A DNA stretch of 64,000 bases from an uncultured virus (IMG/VR IMGVR_UViG_3300042526_000204) (IMGVR_UViG_3300042526_000204); one strand, 5' to 3'; positions 1 through 9,732 are shown, counted from the stretch's first letter. The notes: generated by a model from the letters alone, not told the origin. Numbers and translations: made by a program.

Positions 1-560
1 TTATCAGGAGTCATTTGCTGTATTTCAGATTCCATTTGAGCTTGCATTTCTTGCATTTCTTGCTCAGTAAGTTCTCTACCTTTCATCTGAGCTTGATACT
101 CTGCTTCTTTCTGTTGCTTAATAGGAGCCATTATAGATTCAACTACAAAGTCTCTTATTCTATTAGTTTCTTCTTCTACCTTTCTATTAGAAGCTTCTTT
201 ATTAGTTGCCATTACTCTGTACCCAAAAGGTCTTTTCATTTCCATACCAATAAGAGCTTTTACTCTATAGGAACAAATATCTCTATTTGCCATTTGAGCT
301 GGCATCTCTCCTTGTTCTGCTCCATAAGGAGTTGCTACATAAGCAAAGTCTGAAAGGTCAACAATATTATTGAATAAGTCATAATTAACTCTCATCCTTT
401 TATACTCATTCACTCCTCCATACCCTATAGATAGGAAGTTAGCTTTAGTATCATACATATCAATTTTCTCTCTATACCATAGAAAGTTGTTTGATTCTTT
501 TTCATTTCTACTAAGTCTTTCAGTAGAATAAGATTTGGGTTGTACAACAGGTTGGTTCAT
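1..560 (-). CDS. Portal protein, N-terminal part (runs off the window)
   Basis: Not in the ORF track because it has no stop in the window. ATG at 560 translates to MNQPVVQPKSYSTERLSRNEKESNNFLWYREKID...RMRVNYDLFNNIVDLSDF...NRDICSYRVKALIGMEMKRPF, open to base 1. It lies directly downstream of TerL, as in the crAss-like capsid module. Confidence 0.8.
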   Translation of the reverse strand, partial: MNQPVVQPKSYSTERLSRNEKESNNFLWYREKIDMYDTKANFLSIGYGGVNEYKRMRVNYDLFNNIVDLSDFAYVATPYGAEQGEMPAQMANRDICSYRVKALIGMEMKRPFGYRVMATNKEASNRKVEEETNRIRDFVVESIMAPIKQQKEAEYQAQMKGRELTEQEMQEMQAQMESEIQQMTPD

Positions 561-582
561 TTGACTAAAATATAAGTATTTA

Positions 583-590
583 CAAAAGTA
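583..590 (-). promoter_or_regulatory. Bacteroidota sigma70 -7 element (TACTTTTG) upstream of the portal gene
   Basis: Matches TAnnTTTG about 23 nt upstream of the ATG at 560. Confidence 0.5.
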
Positions 591-594
591 GTTA

Positions 595-2739
595 TTAATT
601 TAATCTCTGTGTCAAGTTCTTAGCATTATTTTTCTGGTACATATTGCCCATCATATCTAATAGCTGTTTTGCTTTTCTATTTCCTAATGATTTAGGTTGG
701 TATTCTTTACCATGTAAATCTTCTTGGTCTTGGAACATTACTTGCATAAGTGCCATAACCCTATCAAAGTTTCCTTTTCTATTATATCCAATTAATTCTT
801 CTAAGAGTCCTATTGAATATATCTGATCTAAAGCTCTAATTGGAAAACCTTCATCATCAAAATCCTGTACATCTAAAAGCCAAGATTTAATATACTTTTC
901 ACCTGCATCTTTAAGTTGCTCATTCATGTGACAACCATAAAGTCTATTTACCCTAGAGTTTTTAACATTCTTCTTAATAACTTCATCAGGTTGGTAAGCA
1001 AGGTAATTTAATTGTTTTCTTCTTCTAAAGTAATCCTTAACATGGGTTACCTCATTCTCATGCATAATAGTAGTGTTGTATAGTTCAGCAAATAATCTAC
1101 AAATGTAGTTTACATCATCTGCTTCTCCAGGTCTACCTACATATTCTGCTACAATTATCCTTTTAGTTCTCTCTCCAATAATGACACTCTTGTACACAAA
1201 GATAGCTGCTAGAGAAGTTCCTTTATCTTGTCTATAAGGGTCATACCCTATTTTATAAGCACCCCTTTGAGGAACCTCAGCAGGATACTCATAAATAACA
1301 GGGCATCCTTCTAGAGAGGTATTATCAGGTTTTTGTCTATAAATTACATTAGCTGTACCATCAAGTATAGGTTCTGCTTTAACTCTTTTTTGCTCATAGT
1401 CATAAAAGAGTTTAACAGGAGTACCCATTATCATGTGTAAATTCTTGGCTTTAACTATTTCAAGTTGTCTCTTTAATTCAAGTACAGGGAAGTTATTAGT
1501 AGATACCATACCAAAGGCTTCAAAAGGGCCCAATGGTTTCTCTTGCATTCTCTGTTGAATATCAGCAGAAGTAGCACCATTATCTAATAAAATCTTTCTG
1601 TTTGCAAGTTCTACTTTCTTAGCTCCTTCTCTGTCTGAATTACCTTGGGCATCATAGTACCCTTCCATATTCCAACTAATAGGATGGAAGAAACCACACT
1701 TCATATCTTCAGAGTCTTCATCCCAAATATTCTGAAAAGGAAGCATACCAAACCTAAGTGGATTAGAGTGCATCTCAGAGTAATCTGCAGTACCACCTTC
1801 CATATCTCCTGATGTACCAAAGACAGTAATCATACCTGTCTTAATGTCCCCTGCCATTACACAATCCTCAGTTGCTTTATATGCTCCTTTTAAAAGACCA
1901 GGAGAACCAAAGGCTCCTGATTCTTCAAAGATTACATCTCTAGCATCTTTACCCCTTGCGGCATCTGCATTGTCTTTAAATGTAAGAGCCATTATCTCAG
2001 ATAAGAAACCTACTTCAATCTTAACCCCATTTCTGTATTCTACAGTAGAAGCTTTAACGTGGTCCATTTTATCTACAACATCTTTAGGATATACCCAAGC
2101 TGTGTTAGCATTAATAAAGTTGAGGTAGTTAGATGCCATTGTAAAGATACCTTTAGGATAGAGGAATTTCTTTTCATAAGCACCAAATATAGTAAGTGCT
2201 TTTTCATAGCACAAGTAGTTCTTAACTGCAATAGCTGCATTCTTATAAGAGTATCCTTTTCTTCTAGATTTACCTACAATAAGATTATACCCTCCTGCTA
2301 GATAAGGTTCTTCAATCTTTACTTCTAGTTGTAAACTATTAAATAAATCAAGGTCTGTAAGTTTAGTTACAGGTACTCCTAAACCATCAACTATACCATT
2401 GAAAGCAATTTCCCTTGCCCAAAAGTAATTATAATCTCCATCCCAAAAGTCAGGGAAGTCAGTTACTTTAGAAGATTTTTTAAGGGTTGTATCTTCTACT
2501 TTTAAGATAGGACAGAAGTTTAAGTAGAAATAATGGTCACCTGTGATTTTAACACCACCTGAAGAATAACCATTGATAAGTCTATTTCTTTGTTCTTGCC
2601 AATAAGAATACCAATCAGGAGAACCCCAGGGATCCAGACAGTATGCCCCATACTTCTGGAATTTTCTCGCCTCTTCCCGAAACACCTCTGTGTTAATCCA
2701 AATCCCATCAGGGTTTCTGATTGATCCTAGTTGACTCAT
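595..2739 (-). CDS. terL: Terminase large subunit (crAss-like)
   Basis: ITGDHYFYLNF motif, Walker A region KSRRKGYS, Walker B IFEESG, FGTSG coupling motif, RNase H-like GYDPY...HENE...NFDRV. Confidence 0.95.
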   Translation of the reverse strand: MSQLGSIRNPDGIWINTEVFREEARKFQKYGAYCLDPWGSPDWYSYWQEQRNRLINGYSSGGVKITGDHYFYLNFCPILKVEDTTLKKSSKVTDFPDFWDGDYNYFWAREIAFNGIVDGLGVPVTKLTDLDLFNSLQLEVKIEEPYLAGGYNLIVGKSRRKGYSYKNAAIAVKNYLCYEKALTIFGAYEKKFLYPKGIFTMASNYLNFINANTAWVYPKDVVDKMDHVKASTVEYRNGVKIEVGFLSEIMALTFKDNADAARGKDARDVIFEESGAFGSPGLLKGAYKATEDCVMAGDIKTGMITVFGTSGDMEGGTADYSEMHSNPLRFGMLPFQNIWDEDSEDMKCGFFHPISWNMEGYYDAQGNSDREGAKKVELANRKILLDNGATSADIQQRMQEKPLGPFEAFGMVSTNNFPVLELKRQLEIVKAKNLHMIMGTPVKLFYDYEQKRVKAEPILDGTANVIYRQKPDNTSLEGCPVIYEYPAEVPQRGAYKIGYDPYRQDKGTSLAAIFVYKSVIIGERTKRIIVAEYVGRPGEADDVNYICRLFAELYNTTIMHENEVTHVKDYFRRRKQLNYLAYQPDEVIKKNVKNSRVNRLYGCHMNEQLKDAGEKYIKSWLLDVQDFDDEGFPIRALDQIYSIGLLEELIGYNRKGNFDRVMALMQVMFQDQEDLHGKEYQPKSLGNRKAKQLLDMMGNMYQKNNAKNLTQRLN

Positions 2740-2742
2740 ATA

Positions 2743-3174
2743 TTATGTAACAATGTTTTTAATTCTGTACAAAGTGTGAGCAATAAGTTGAGATATCTCA
2801 TCAATTTGATTTAAAAGAAATGACTCTTTAATATTTACTCTCTCTGTTTGAATAGCATTGTATAAACCTTTAAAGTAAGTTAAAGGATTAGAAATAACCT
2901 CTGATTCAGGCACTTCTTCAAGAGTAAAACTATCATCAATACCCATTGAAGTCTCAATGTAAGTATCAATTAAATCTCCTACTGACTCATAGAAAATACT
3001 CATAGCATTATGAGTTGCCAAGGTTTTATCTTTTTGTCTTAAGTGTGTAAGGTGAGCATCAGTTCTTGCTTTAAACAATAAAGCAGGAATAACTCCTCTT
3101 GTATTCTTTGTTGACTTAGAAGAAGTAGTTTCTACTATATCATCATCATCTAACATTTTTGCTAAATCAGCCAT
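2743..3174 (-). CDS. Ferritin/Dps-like four-helix protein
   Basis: AHLTH...HNAMSIFYESVGDLIDTYIE...NQIDEI pattern, typical of phage Dps-like proteins. Confidence 0.7.
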   Translation of the reverse strand: MADLAKMLDDDDIVETTSSKSTKNTRGVIPALLFKARTDAHLTHLRQKDKTLATHNAMSIFYESVGDLIDTYIETSMGIDDSFTLEEVPESEVISNPLTYFKGLYNAIQTERVNIKESFLLNQIDEISQLIAHTLYRIKNIVT

Positions 3175-3191
3175 GATTTTAGAATTTAAAT

Positions 3192-3413
3192 TTAATCAAA
3201 TAGTTTTGTGAAAAATCCTTTCTCAGTAAGGTCTTCAGGATTTTTACTAGCTCTTTCTTGAGCTTTGTTGATTTCATCTTGAGTGAATAAAATACATCTC
3301 TCATTAGATCCATCTGCATCTTCTACTTGCACTGCAATGTAAGATAAAGCTGAACCAAACTTTCTGTCTGTATTGTCAACCTGAATTAATCTGCCTTTTA
3401 CAACTTTTGCCAT
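3192..3413 (-). CDS. Hypothetical protein
   Basis: Operon context and an A-rich start region. Confidence 0.6.
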   Translation of the reverse strand: MAKVVKGRLIQVDNTDRKFGSALSYIAVQVEDADGSNERCILFTQDEINKAQERASKNPEDLTEKGFFTKLFD

Positions 3414-3457
3414 AAGAATTGTTTTTAAAGTTAATTTTAAAATGTAAAGATAGTAAT

Positions 3458-4033
3458 TTATTTCAAACTGTTAGGGTCTGCAAATGGGCTAACTATCTTT
3501 TGCCCTCTCTTTTTAACTTCTTCAAATACCTCATTATCAACTTTTTCCCTAAGTGTATTAAGATTTTCAAGTACTCTAGAGGTATCATTTAAAGCTGAAG
3601 TTATATCTTTAGGTTTAAAAATTGGTGCTCCAGTTCTAAGATTAACATCTGACATACTAAAATTAATAAAGAAGTGTTGCATCTTTTCAGCTGCAGATTT
3701 AGCAGCCATGTAATAATTATAAGTAACAGAAGCTTCTGCTTGAAACTCTTTTAGCTTTTCAATACCAGCAAGTAGTAAAGGATCTTCTTGGTCCCATTCT
3801 GCTCTAGTGATTATATCCTTTATAATCTTTTCAGGTCTTTGATTCTCAGGATAACCTGAATAAGGATTAGATTTCTGAATAGATGCCATGAATTCAATAT
3901 AGCTAAAGTCTTCAATAGCAAACCTTTTATCCTTTGAATCATCTCTTTCCCATATCTCTCTAAAAGGAAATATAAGAAGTGTTTCTGTAGTGGGAGAGAC
4001 TACTTTGCTCTCCACAGTAAATAATAAACTCAT
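3458..4033 (-). CDS. Conserved crAss-like protein near TerL (possible small terminase)
   Basis: Helical protein with KPKDITSAL and a coiled coil, upstream of TerL. The function is inferred from position only. Confidence 0.5.
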   Translation of the reverse strand: MSLLFTVESKVVSPTTETLLIFPFREIWERDDSKDKRFAIEDFSYIEFMASIQKSNPYSGYPENQRPEKIIKDIITRAEWDQEDPLLLAGIEKLKEFQAEASVTYNYYMAAKSAAEKMQHFFINFSMSDVNLRTGAPIFKPKDITSALNDTSRVLENLNTLREKVDNEVFEEVKKRGQKIVSPFADPNSLK

Positions 4034-4182
4034 AGTAAATTGTATTTTTTAGCATCTACCTCATTAATAGACTTTGAGATAATTAGGCCATGAGTATGAA
4101 AGTCAGGTAAACCAATCACATTAACTCCTATTTGAAAGTCAATAAGCAAGGTTGTTATGTACATTCTATATTTCTTTGACAT
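4030..4182 (-). CDS. Small hypothetical protein, 50 aa (MSKKYRMYITTLLIDFQIGVNVIGLPDFHTHGLIISKSINEVDAKKYNLL)
   Basis: Fills the gap exactly, with an ATGA overlap onto the next gene. It is below the ORF-track cutoff. Confidence 0.6.
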   Translation of the reverse strand: MSKKYRMYITTLLIDFQIGVNVIGLPDFHTHGLIISKSINEVDAKKYNLL

Positions 4183-4183
4183 A

Positions 4184-4765
4184 CTATTTGATTTTAAAGA
4201 TTGCTACTGATCTATTTAACCATCCTTTTAAGAATTTACCTAAACTCTTGTTGGCTTTAACTAATCTATTATAGGTAGTATTTCTAGCCAAGTATAAGCA
4301 TTCTTCAGTTACAAACTGCATTTTCTCCCTAGTTGCAGGACCAATTATTCCATCAGCAGGGACTTTAGCACAGCCTTGCATTATTTTAATTGCCCTAACA
4401 TTTCCCATATTATAAGCAGTATCAAAATACATAAGCCTAGATTCAAGAGGTAATATAAAAGCATTAATAGCTCTGTAGTATTTTGTGTAAGCAATAGCCG
4501 CAGCTTCTTCATAAGTTGTATCTTTAAAATCAGCAAAGTTTTTAAACATCTCTTTGTTGTGGTTGTAGGCAATACCCCATAAAGTCCACCCTCCTGAATC
4601 TCCTGCTACATTGTGCAAGTTACCTCCAGCTTTAGGATTTTTTACTCCTTCCCAAACTAGTGTCCTATTGAACACATATTCCTTAAAATATTGAAATTCT
4701 TTTTCTACTGTGGGGTTGGCTCTAGCCAATCTTAAGTAGTCTGCTATGGTAAGTTTATTTGCCAT
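4184..4765 (-). CDS. Endolysin, glycoside hydrolase family 108 with a peptidoglycan-binding C-terminus
   Basis: WEG...DSGGWTLWGI, FDTAYNMG, ADGIIGPAT, FLKGWLNR. Confidence 0.85.
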   Translation of the reverse strand: MANKLTIADYLRLARANPTVEKEFQYFKEYVFNRTLVWEGVKNPKAGGNLHNVAGDSGGWTLWGIAYNHNKEMFKNFADFKDTTYEEAAAIAYTKYYRAINAFILPLESRLMYFDTAYNMGNVRAIKIMQGCAKVPADGIIGPATREKMQFVTEECLYLARNTTYNRLVKANKSLGKFLKGWLNRSVAIFKIK

Positions 4766-5058
4766 TATCTAATTCTTGTTGCTATAATAGTTAGTGTTTC
4801 AGTTGTATCATCTTGATAGGTTACATCAATTCTTTTTTTAATTGATTGGGGACCTTTTACTTGAACAGGCATTGCAGAGTTAGAATAAGTAATAGTCAAC
4901 TCTTTATTTACCTTATCAAAATTAGTGGTAGTACAACCACAGTAAGGAGTGATAGCCTTAATTTGAGGAATTTCTTCTAAAGCATTAAAAATTACCTTTT
5001 TAGGAGATCCTGCTTTAATAACTCCTAGACTAATTATGGGATTTTTCCAGTGACTCAT
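4765..5058 (-). CDS. DUF1573-like Ig-fold protein
   Basis: ITPYCGCTT motif in a beta-rich 97-aa protein. Confidence 0.65.
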   Translation of the reverse strand: MSHWKNPIISLGVIKAGSPKKVIFNALEEIPQIKAITPYCGCTTTNFDKVNKELTITYSNSAMPVQVKGPQSIKKRIDVTYQDDTTETLTIIATRIR

Positions 5059-5420
5059 TAGAATGTCTTTTTATGGGTTATTCTTAATTCAAATTCTCTT
5101 GGTTTGTCAGAGTTCCAATATTTAAATTCAATACTATTCTCTGCTTTATAGATTTCCCAATCTGTTTCATCCATCATAACAGGGTAACAAACTCCCTCAC
5201 AAGATCTGTCTGCCATTTGAAGTGCAGGAGTAGCACAACCACAGTGTATGCATTCTCCATTTGAGAAGCACTCTTTATTCATTACAAATAACCTATAGTT
5301 AATTTGCTCAAATATGTGTACTCTGAGTAACCAATTAAAGTGTTTACTATAAAATAACTTCTCTCTAAGGTTTCCTTGAATATAAGACTTAATATTAGTC
5401 CAATTTACTTTTGCTTTCAT
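5058..5420 (-). CDS. Cys-rich, probably zinc-binding protein
   Basis: CFSNGECIHCGC...CEGVC. Confidence 0.55.
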   Translation of the reverse strand: MKAKVNWTNIKSYIQGNLREKLFYSKHFNWLLRVHIFEQINYRLFVMNKECFSNGECIHCGCATPALQMADRSCEGVCYPVMMDETDWEIYKAENSIEFKYWNSDKPREFELRITHKKTF

Positions 5421-5725
5421 AAATGTTTGTTTAAATATTTTTCTAATTGTTCTTTCTTTTTAAAATAATTCTGTGGAGTAATCCTGTGTTCCTTAAACAT
5501 CTTCTCATACTGAGCAAGAATAAACTTAACTCTCTTAGGATAAGCTACAAAAGTACCAAAAAACTTCAGTCTGATAGTAGGAAACTCCCCTGACTCTATT
5601 CCTTTTCTAACTTCAACAAAAGGAGCAGAAACAATCTCATTACATTGAGACAAAGTTAATTCAGGATGGGAATCTTTGATAGAATCAAAGTATTCTTGTA
5701 CTAAATCAGGGTGAAGTAGTCTCAT
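5417..5725 (-). CDS. IHF/HU-like DNA-binding protein
   Basis: Two helices followed by IRLKFFGTF, the HU/IHF beta-arm signature. Confidence 0.65.
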   Translation of the reverse strand: MRLLHPDLVQEYFDSIKDSHPELTLSQCNEIVSAPFVEVRKGIESGEFPTIRLKFFGTFVAYPKRVKFILAQYEKMFKEHRITPQNYFKKKEQLEKYLNKHL

Positions 5726-6087
5726 TATTGCTGGAGTTGAACTATTTTAAATTGATAAAACTGTTGTTTCTCTTCAGGCAATAAAATAGGGGCTATTATA
5801 ACTACACCCCCCAATTCCTCTCTAATGGCTCCCTTCTCCTTCAAAGAAGAAAGGTGATTACTCAAACCCCCATCTGACATACCTAACTTATTCTTTACCT
5901 CTTTTCTAAAAGAAGTACCAAACCTGTTCTTATCAGCCAATTCCCCTTTAAATGACATAAAGGTCCCAAGAACTACTCTCTCTTTTGGAGTCAATTCTAC
6001 AGGAAGAAAAGGGTTGATAATACTAAGATGATAAATGTAATATTGGGCATCTTTTAACCCAAGTATTCCTTTTTGTATTATTTTCAT
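5725..6087 (-). CDS. Winged-helix DNA-binding protein
   Basis: LTPKERVVL...KNKLGMSDGGLSNHLSSLKEKGAI. Confidence 0.65.
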   Translation of the reverse strand: MKIIQKGILGLKDAQYYIYHLSIINPFLPVELTPKERVVLGTFMSFKGELADKNRFGTSFRKEVKNKLGMSDGGLSNHLSSLKEKGAIREELGGVVIIAPILLPEEKQQFYQFKIVQLQQ

Positions 6088-6100
6088 AAATATAAATTAG

Positions 6101-6898
6101 TTAATTACAACATTGTGTGTATTCAAAAGTAAAAGTAAAATCTAATCCTGAAATACCACTATAAGTTAAATCAGCAATAAAACAAGGATCAGATAAATCT
6201 GTTCCTGCAATAAGATAATTTCTAACTCCTATAGTTCCAAAGTTACCACTACCATTATCTTGAATATTTATCATTTCTACAACATTATTTTGTTGAAGAA
6301 GAGCAGGGTCAAAATGATAAACTACCATATCTACTAAATCACAATCAAAATCTGAGTCTATTAAAACAGTAGCAGGGTTTAAATCTCCAATAAAAACAGA
6401 ACCTACCTGAGCAGCAGCATTTAAGTCTACCATACCAATAACTACTCCATTGAGATAAATAACAAAGTTATCATCTACAACAGCATTTTCATTACATATC
6501 TGAAATACTATTCTTCTATCAGGACATACAGGAACAATAGTATCACATGCAGGAACTTCTACTTGTAACTGATCAATTATAGGAATTATTTCAGTATTAA
6601 GAGGTACTTTATTTCCTTGGTCATCTAACACTCTTACTGTATAATCTCCATTACTAGGATATGCAATTTCTGCTTCTGTAAACCACTCCTTAATAAGATC
6701 ATCTCTATCTTCTTTAGGTGTACATGCAGGTTCAATCCCAGCATCTACCCAATCTTGAATCTGTTGTTGCCACTTATTTCTAACATATAACCTCCTTATA
6801 GTCTTACCATTCATAACAGTATGAGTAGTAGTAGGTTTTTGATATATCTCAGGGTAGTAACTATAAGCTATACTTTCTTCATTGGTGGTAGTGTCCAT
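6101..6898 (-). CDS. Hypothetical acidic, Cys-containing beta-rich protein (possibly virion-associated)
   Basis: 265-aa ORF in the late operon. Confidence 0.5.
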   Translation of the reverse strand: MDTTTNEESIAYSYYPEIYQKPTTTHTVMNGKTIRRLYVRNKWQQQIQDWVDAGIEPACTPKEDRDDLIKEWFTEAEIAYPSNGDYTVRVLDDQGNKVPLNTEIIPIIDQLQVEVPACDTIVPVCPDRRIVFQICNENAVVDDNFVIYLNGVVIGMVDLNAAAQVGSVFIGDLNPATVLIDSDFDCDLVDMVVYHFDPALLQQNNVVEMINIQDNGSGNFGTIGVRNYLIAGTDLSDPCFIADLTYSGISGLDFTFTFEYTQCCN

Positions 6899-6900
6899 AA

Positions 6901-7221
6901 TTATAAATTTTTAAGTCTTGTTACTTCATTTGTTTGGTCCTCATCTTTAACCTCTAATAGAGTCTTTACTCCTAGCATAAGATATTTATACACATAAGCA
7001 TGAAGGGCATGGATAGCTTTAGCTTCAGTTGCATCTGTTACCCTAAAAGGAATCAAATAGTAAACTCCATCATACTTCTTTCTAACTAAAGTGCTAAATG
7101 CTATTTCTTTACTTGCTTCCTCTCTCCTAACTGTAGGGTATAGGGGAAGGGAATCTCTTAGACTAGTAGCACTTTTTAACTTTAATTCTTGAATAAGATG
7201 AGAGTTTAATTCCATAGACAT
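6901..7221 (-). CDS. Hypothetical protein, first gene of the minus-strand operon
   Basis: ORF preceded by a TAACTTTG promoter element. Confidence 0.55.
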   Translation of the reverse strand: MSMELNSHLIQELKLKSATSLRDSLPLYPTVRREEASKEIAFSTLVRKKYDGVYYLIPFRVTDATEAKAIHALHAYVYKYLMLGVKTLLEVKDEDQTNEVTRLKNL

Positions 7222-7238
7222 TTCAGATTAATATTTAG

Positions 7239-7246
7239 CAAAGTTA
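7239..7246 (-). promoter_or_regulatory. Bacteroidota sigma70 -7 element (TAACTTTG)
   Basis: Exact TAnnTTTG match 18 nt upstream of the ATG at 7221. Confidence 0.6.
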
Positions 7247-7569
7247 AGAATAATATTTAAACTTAGTCCTTTGGTTATAAAATTTTTCTAAAATTTTTTT
7301 AGGTCTATGAATTATTTTAAAAATTATGAATGTGTGTCCCTCCCTACTCAAAGACCCCCACTAATTTTTAGCATTACAAGGCCCCGCCAGCCTAAAATAG
7401 TAAGTAATATTTCCTGGCGGGTAATATATATAGGAGAAGCTTTGTGTCTTGGTAGGTAACTCCTCTCTTGTTCTTGGAACTGTAGTCATCTAACTTGAGT
7501 GTTGATGTTGACTACAGTTCAGAGCTAAGACTTTGGGTGTTGTTGTTGTCTTTCTTTATAGTACATCAT

Positions 7570-7592
7570 CAGTTAAAAACCCTCACTGATTT
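7570..7592 (+). promoter_or_regulatory. Repeated early-region motif CAGTTAAAAACCCTCACTGATTT (candidate phage RNAP promoter)
   Basis: Near-identical copies at 8081-8103 and 11518-11540, and a weaker copy near 7347-7367. All are intergenic and in the same orientation. Confidence 0.6.
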
Positions 7593-7647
7593 ATAGTATT
7601 AATCTTTGCCTGATTACAAGGGCTTTAAACACGTGTTCCTTATTATC

Positions 7648-7968
7648 ATGTCTACTAACAAATCAATGACTGGTATTGTTAAATCAAATGGTTCTAAAGT
7701 ATTAGCTAAAAGCAATGGAGCAACTTATGTGCTTATGAATGTGCTAATTACTTCTGGTCCTGCTAAAGGTATGACTGTTCTTGCTACAAGAACTACGTTG
7801 ACCAAAGATGCTGTTGTGAAAGTTATTCCTGAGCTTAATGCTGAGGTAACACTTTATCACAGTGTGGTTCCTTCTACTAAAGAAGGTGAGAAAAACCAGC
7901 ATTTCTTTGAGATCAGCACTGGAGCTGATACTGCAAGCAATGCAGACCTTGATGCTATCTTCGGATAG
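7648..7968 (+). CDS. Early protein, possibly OB-fold, with an acidic C-terminal tail
   Basis: The ATG at 7648 is more likely than the TTG at 7606. Beta-rich, ending ...ADLDAIFG. Confidence 0.55.
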   Translation: MSTNKSMTGIVKSNGSKVLAKSNGATYVLMNVLITSGPAKGMTVLATRTTLTKDAVVKVIPELNAEVTLYHSVVPSTKEGEKNQHFFEISTGADTASNADLDAIFG

Positions 7969-8043
7969 CATTAAGGAACTAATACAGATGTGTACCCAAA
8001 TGCATAAGGCGAGACTCCTTGAAGATTTGGAATAGCATATAGG

Positions 8044-8061
8044 AGGAGAGCAATCTCCTTC
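8044..8061 (+). terminator. Hairpin AGGAGA-GCAA-TCTCCT
   Basis: Perfect stem with a GNRA loop. A near-identical hairpin occurs at 11484. Confidence 0.5.
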
Positions 8062-8080
8062 TATTGTTATTACTTAGCCT

Positions 8081-8103
8081 CAGTTAAAAACCTTCACTAA
8101 TTT
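8081..8103 (+). promoter_or_regulatory. Repeated early motif CAGTTAAAAACCTTCACTAATTT
   Basis: Copy of the 7570 motif. Confidence 0.6.
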
Positions 8104-8558
8104 CTAGCTGTATACTGTACTAATTATCTTTTTTTTAATTTAGTGCTGTATATGTATTATATATTTTTATATATCGTAGTGGAAACAGCTAAAGTTTTTG
8201 TTGTAACTCATTGAAATGCAAAGAGTTAAGTGTGGGCTTGTAAAAACCAACACCTTTTAACCACATTTTCATACCTATAACAATCAATATCATATAGTTT
8301 AATAGCTTTATTTATAAAACAGGAAAGGTAAATACATTTGAACCTGTATAAAATACCTAAGGTAAGGAGGCATAATGTAGCCTAAGATATACCTTGATCA
8401 TCTAGCATATTGCAGAATGATAATGGCTTAACTAATGCCTATTGCAAATTAGTAATAACACATAACCAGCATTAATACAGCTTAAGGCTGATAATGTAGC
8501 ATTTCTTATACCGATGTTATGTGTTATTTTTTCTTGTAACCAATTTAAATCCAACATA

Positions 8559-8765
8559 ATGAAACAGTTTTTAGCAATTTTTGGCATCCTATTATTAGGT
8601 GCTTTTATTGGAGTGTATATGTCTAATTCATATCATCCAAGGTCAGAGTATCACATTCAATTACTTGATTATGATCAAGTTCAATTAATGGATAACAATC
8701 ACACCCTAATTAAGACTACAACTCTTGACAGTCTTTCTTATCACTTAAATCAAGATAACCTTTAA
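8559..8765 (+). CDS. Small membrane-anchored protein
   Basis: Likely start MKQFLAIFGILLLGAFIG at 8559, giving an N-terminal hydrophobic helix. Confidence 0.6.
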   Translation: MKQFLAIFGILLLGAFIGVYMSNSYHPRSEYHIQLLDYDQVQLMDNNHTLIKTTTLDSLSYHLNQDNL

Positions 8766-8776
8766 TCCAAAACAAG

Positions 8777-9001
8777 ATGAAAAATCTAATTATTACCGCA
8801 TTTCTTTTACTTTCTTTATCTATGTCAGCACAAAAAGTGTATAACTTAGATAAAAAGAAAGACACAACATCAGCTACTAAAACTACTGATGTAGCTATTT
8901 ATCATGGTGAGAAATTACCAGTGTATAGATCAACTAGAGGTAAACTCTTTATCTATGTTGTCTCAAGAACAGGCAACAGATATAAAAAGTATTTGAACTA
9001 A
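8777..9001 (+). CDS. Small secreted protein with a Bacteroidota-style signal peptide
   Basis: MKNLIITAFLLLSLSMSA|Q, followed by a basic beta-rich domain. Confidence 0.65.
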   Translation: MKNLIITAFLLLSLSMSAQKVYNLDKKKDTTSATKTTDVAIYHGEKLPVYRSTRGKLFIYVVSRTGNRYKKYLN

Positions 9002-9048
9002 CAATTAATAGGCTCTTTAATTAGAGCCTGTTAAATAGCTTTATTTTT

Positions 9049-9273
9049 ATGAATTTAGAAATACATAAAAGCAACAGGGCCAGAGGTAAATTTCATCATA
9101 AAGCTCCAAGAGGAATCAATAGCAAGAAAACAAGATCTATTGTGATGAAAGAAATAACTGAATACATACATCAAAATGGTGATTTTGGTAATGTTAATTA
9201 CCTAGCATATGAATCTCAAATTACAACTAAATTAGATCCTCATACTACATATAGATATGAAGATTTATATTAA
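9049..9273 (+). CDS. Hypothetical protein
   Basis: ORF in the early operon. Confidence 0.5.
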   Translation: MNLEIHKSNRARGKFHHKAPRGINSKKTRSIVMKEITEYIHQNGDFGNVNYLAYESQITTKLDPHTTYRYEDLY

Positions 9274-9293
9274 ACCTTATTATTTAATCCAAT

Positions 9294-9731
9294 ATGGAAA
9301 ATTATAAATTAGCAAAAGAAATTATTGAATTAAGTATTTCTAATACATGGGAAGAAGCAAAAAAAGAATGGTTTCTTTCTTCTATTTATTTTTCTCATAT
9401 TCATGAAAACTGTTTATGTGGCCATGAAATAGTAGAATGCTGTGTACTAGAAAACACTCTAAATAAAAATAGATGTGTTGTTGGTAATATATGTGTCAAT
9501 AACTTTATGGAAATAGAATCTAACTTAATCTTTGATGCTATCAAAAGAGTCAAGAAAGACATTTCAAAAAGCTTAAATAGTGATACTATACACTATGCCT
9601 ATGAAAAAAGGTGGATAAATGAATGGGAAAAAACTTTTTACTTTAACACGTCAAACAAAAGAAAACCTTCAGAAAAACAACTAGTTAAAAGGCAACAAAT
9701 AAATGAAAAAATACTTAATAAAATAATTTAA
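9294..9731 (+). CDS. Putative zinc-binding protein
   Basis: CLCGH...VGNICV motif. Confidence 0.55.
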   Translation: MENYKLAKEIIELSISNTWEEAKKEWFLSSIYFSHIHENCLCGHEIVECCVLENTLNKNRCVVGNICVNNFMEIESNLIFDAIKRVKKDISKSLNSDTIHYAYEKRWINEWEKTFYFNTSNKRKPSEKQLVKRQQINEKILNKII

Positions 9732-9732
9732 C

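Noticed and set aside
15..353. 112-aa plus-strand ORF
   Set aside because: It is the antisense shadow of the minus-strand portal gene, with F/L/S/H-rich composition and a non-ATG start.
644..2708. Short ORFs inside terL (644, 1844, 2059, 2520)
   Set aside because: They are antisense or off-frame shadows of a well-supported gene.
8200..8230. Possible integrase arm or att site implying a prophage
   Set aside because: There is no integrase or host gene in the window, and a single weak dyad is not enough.
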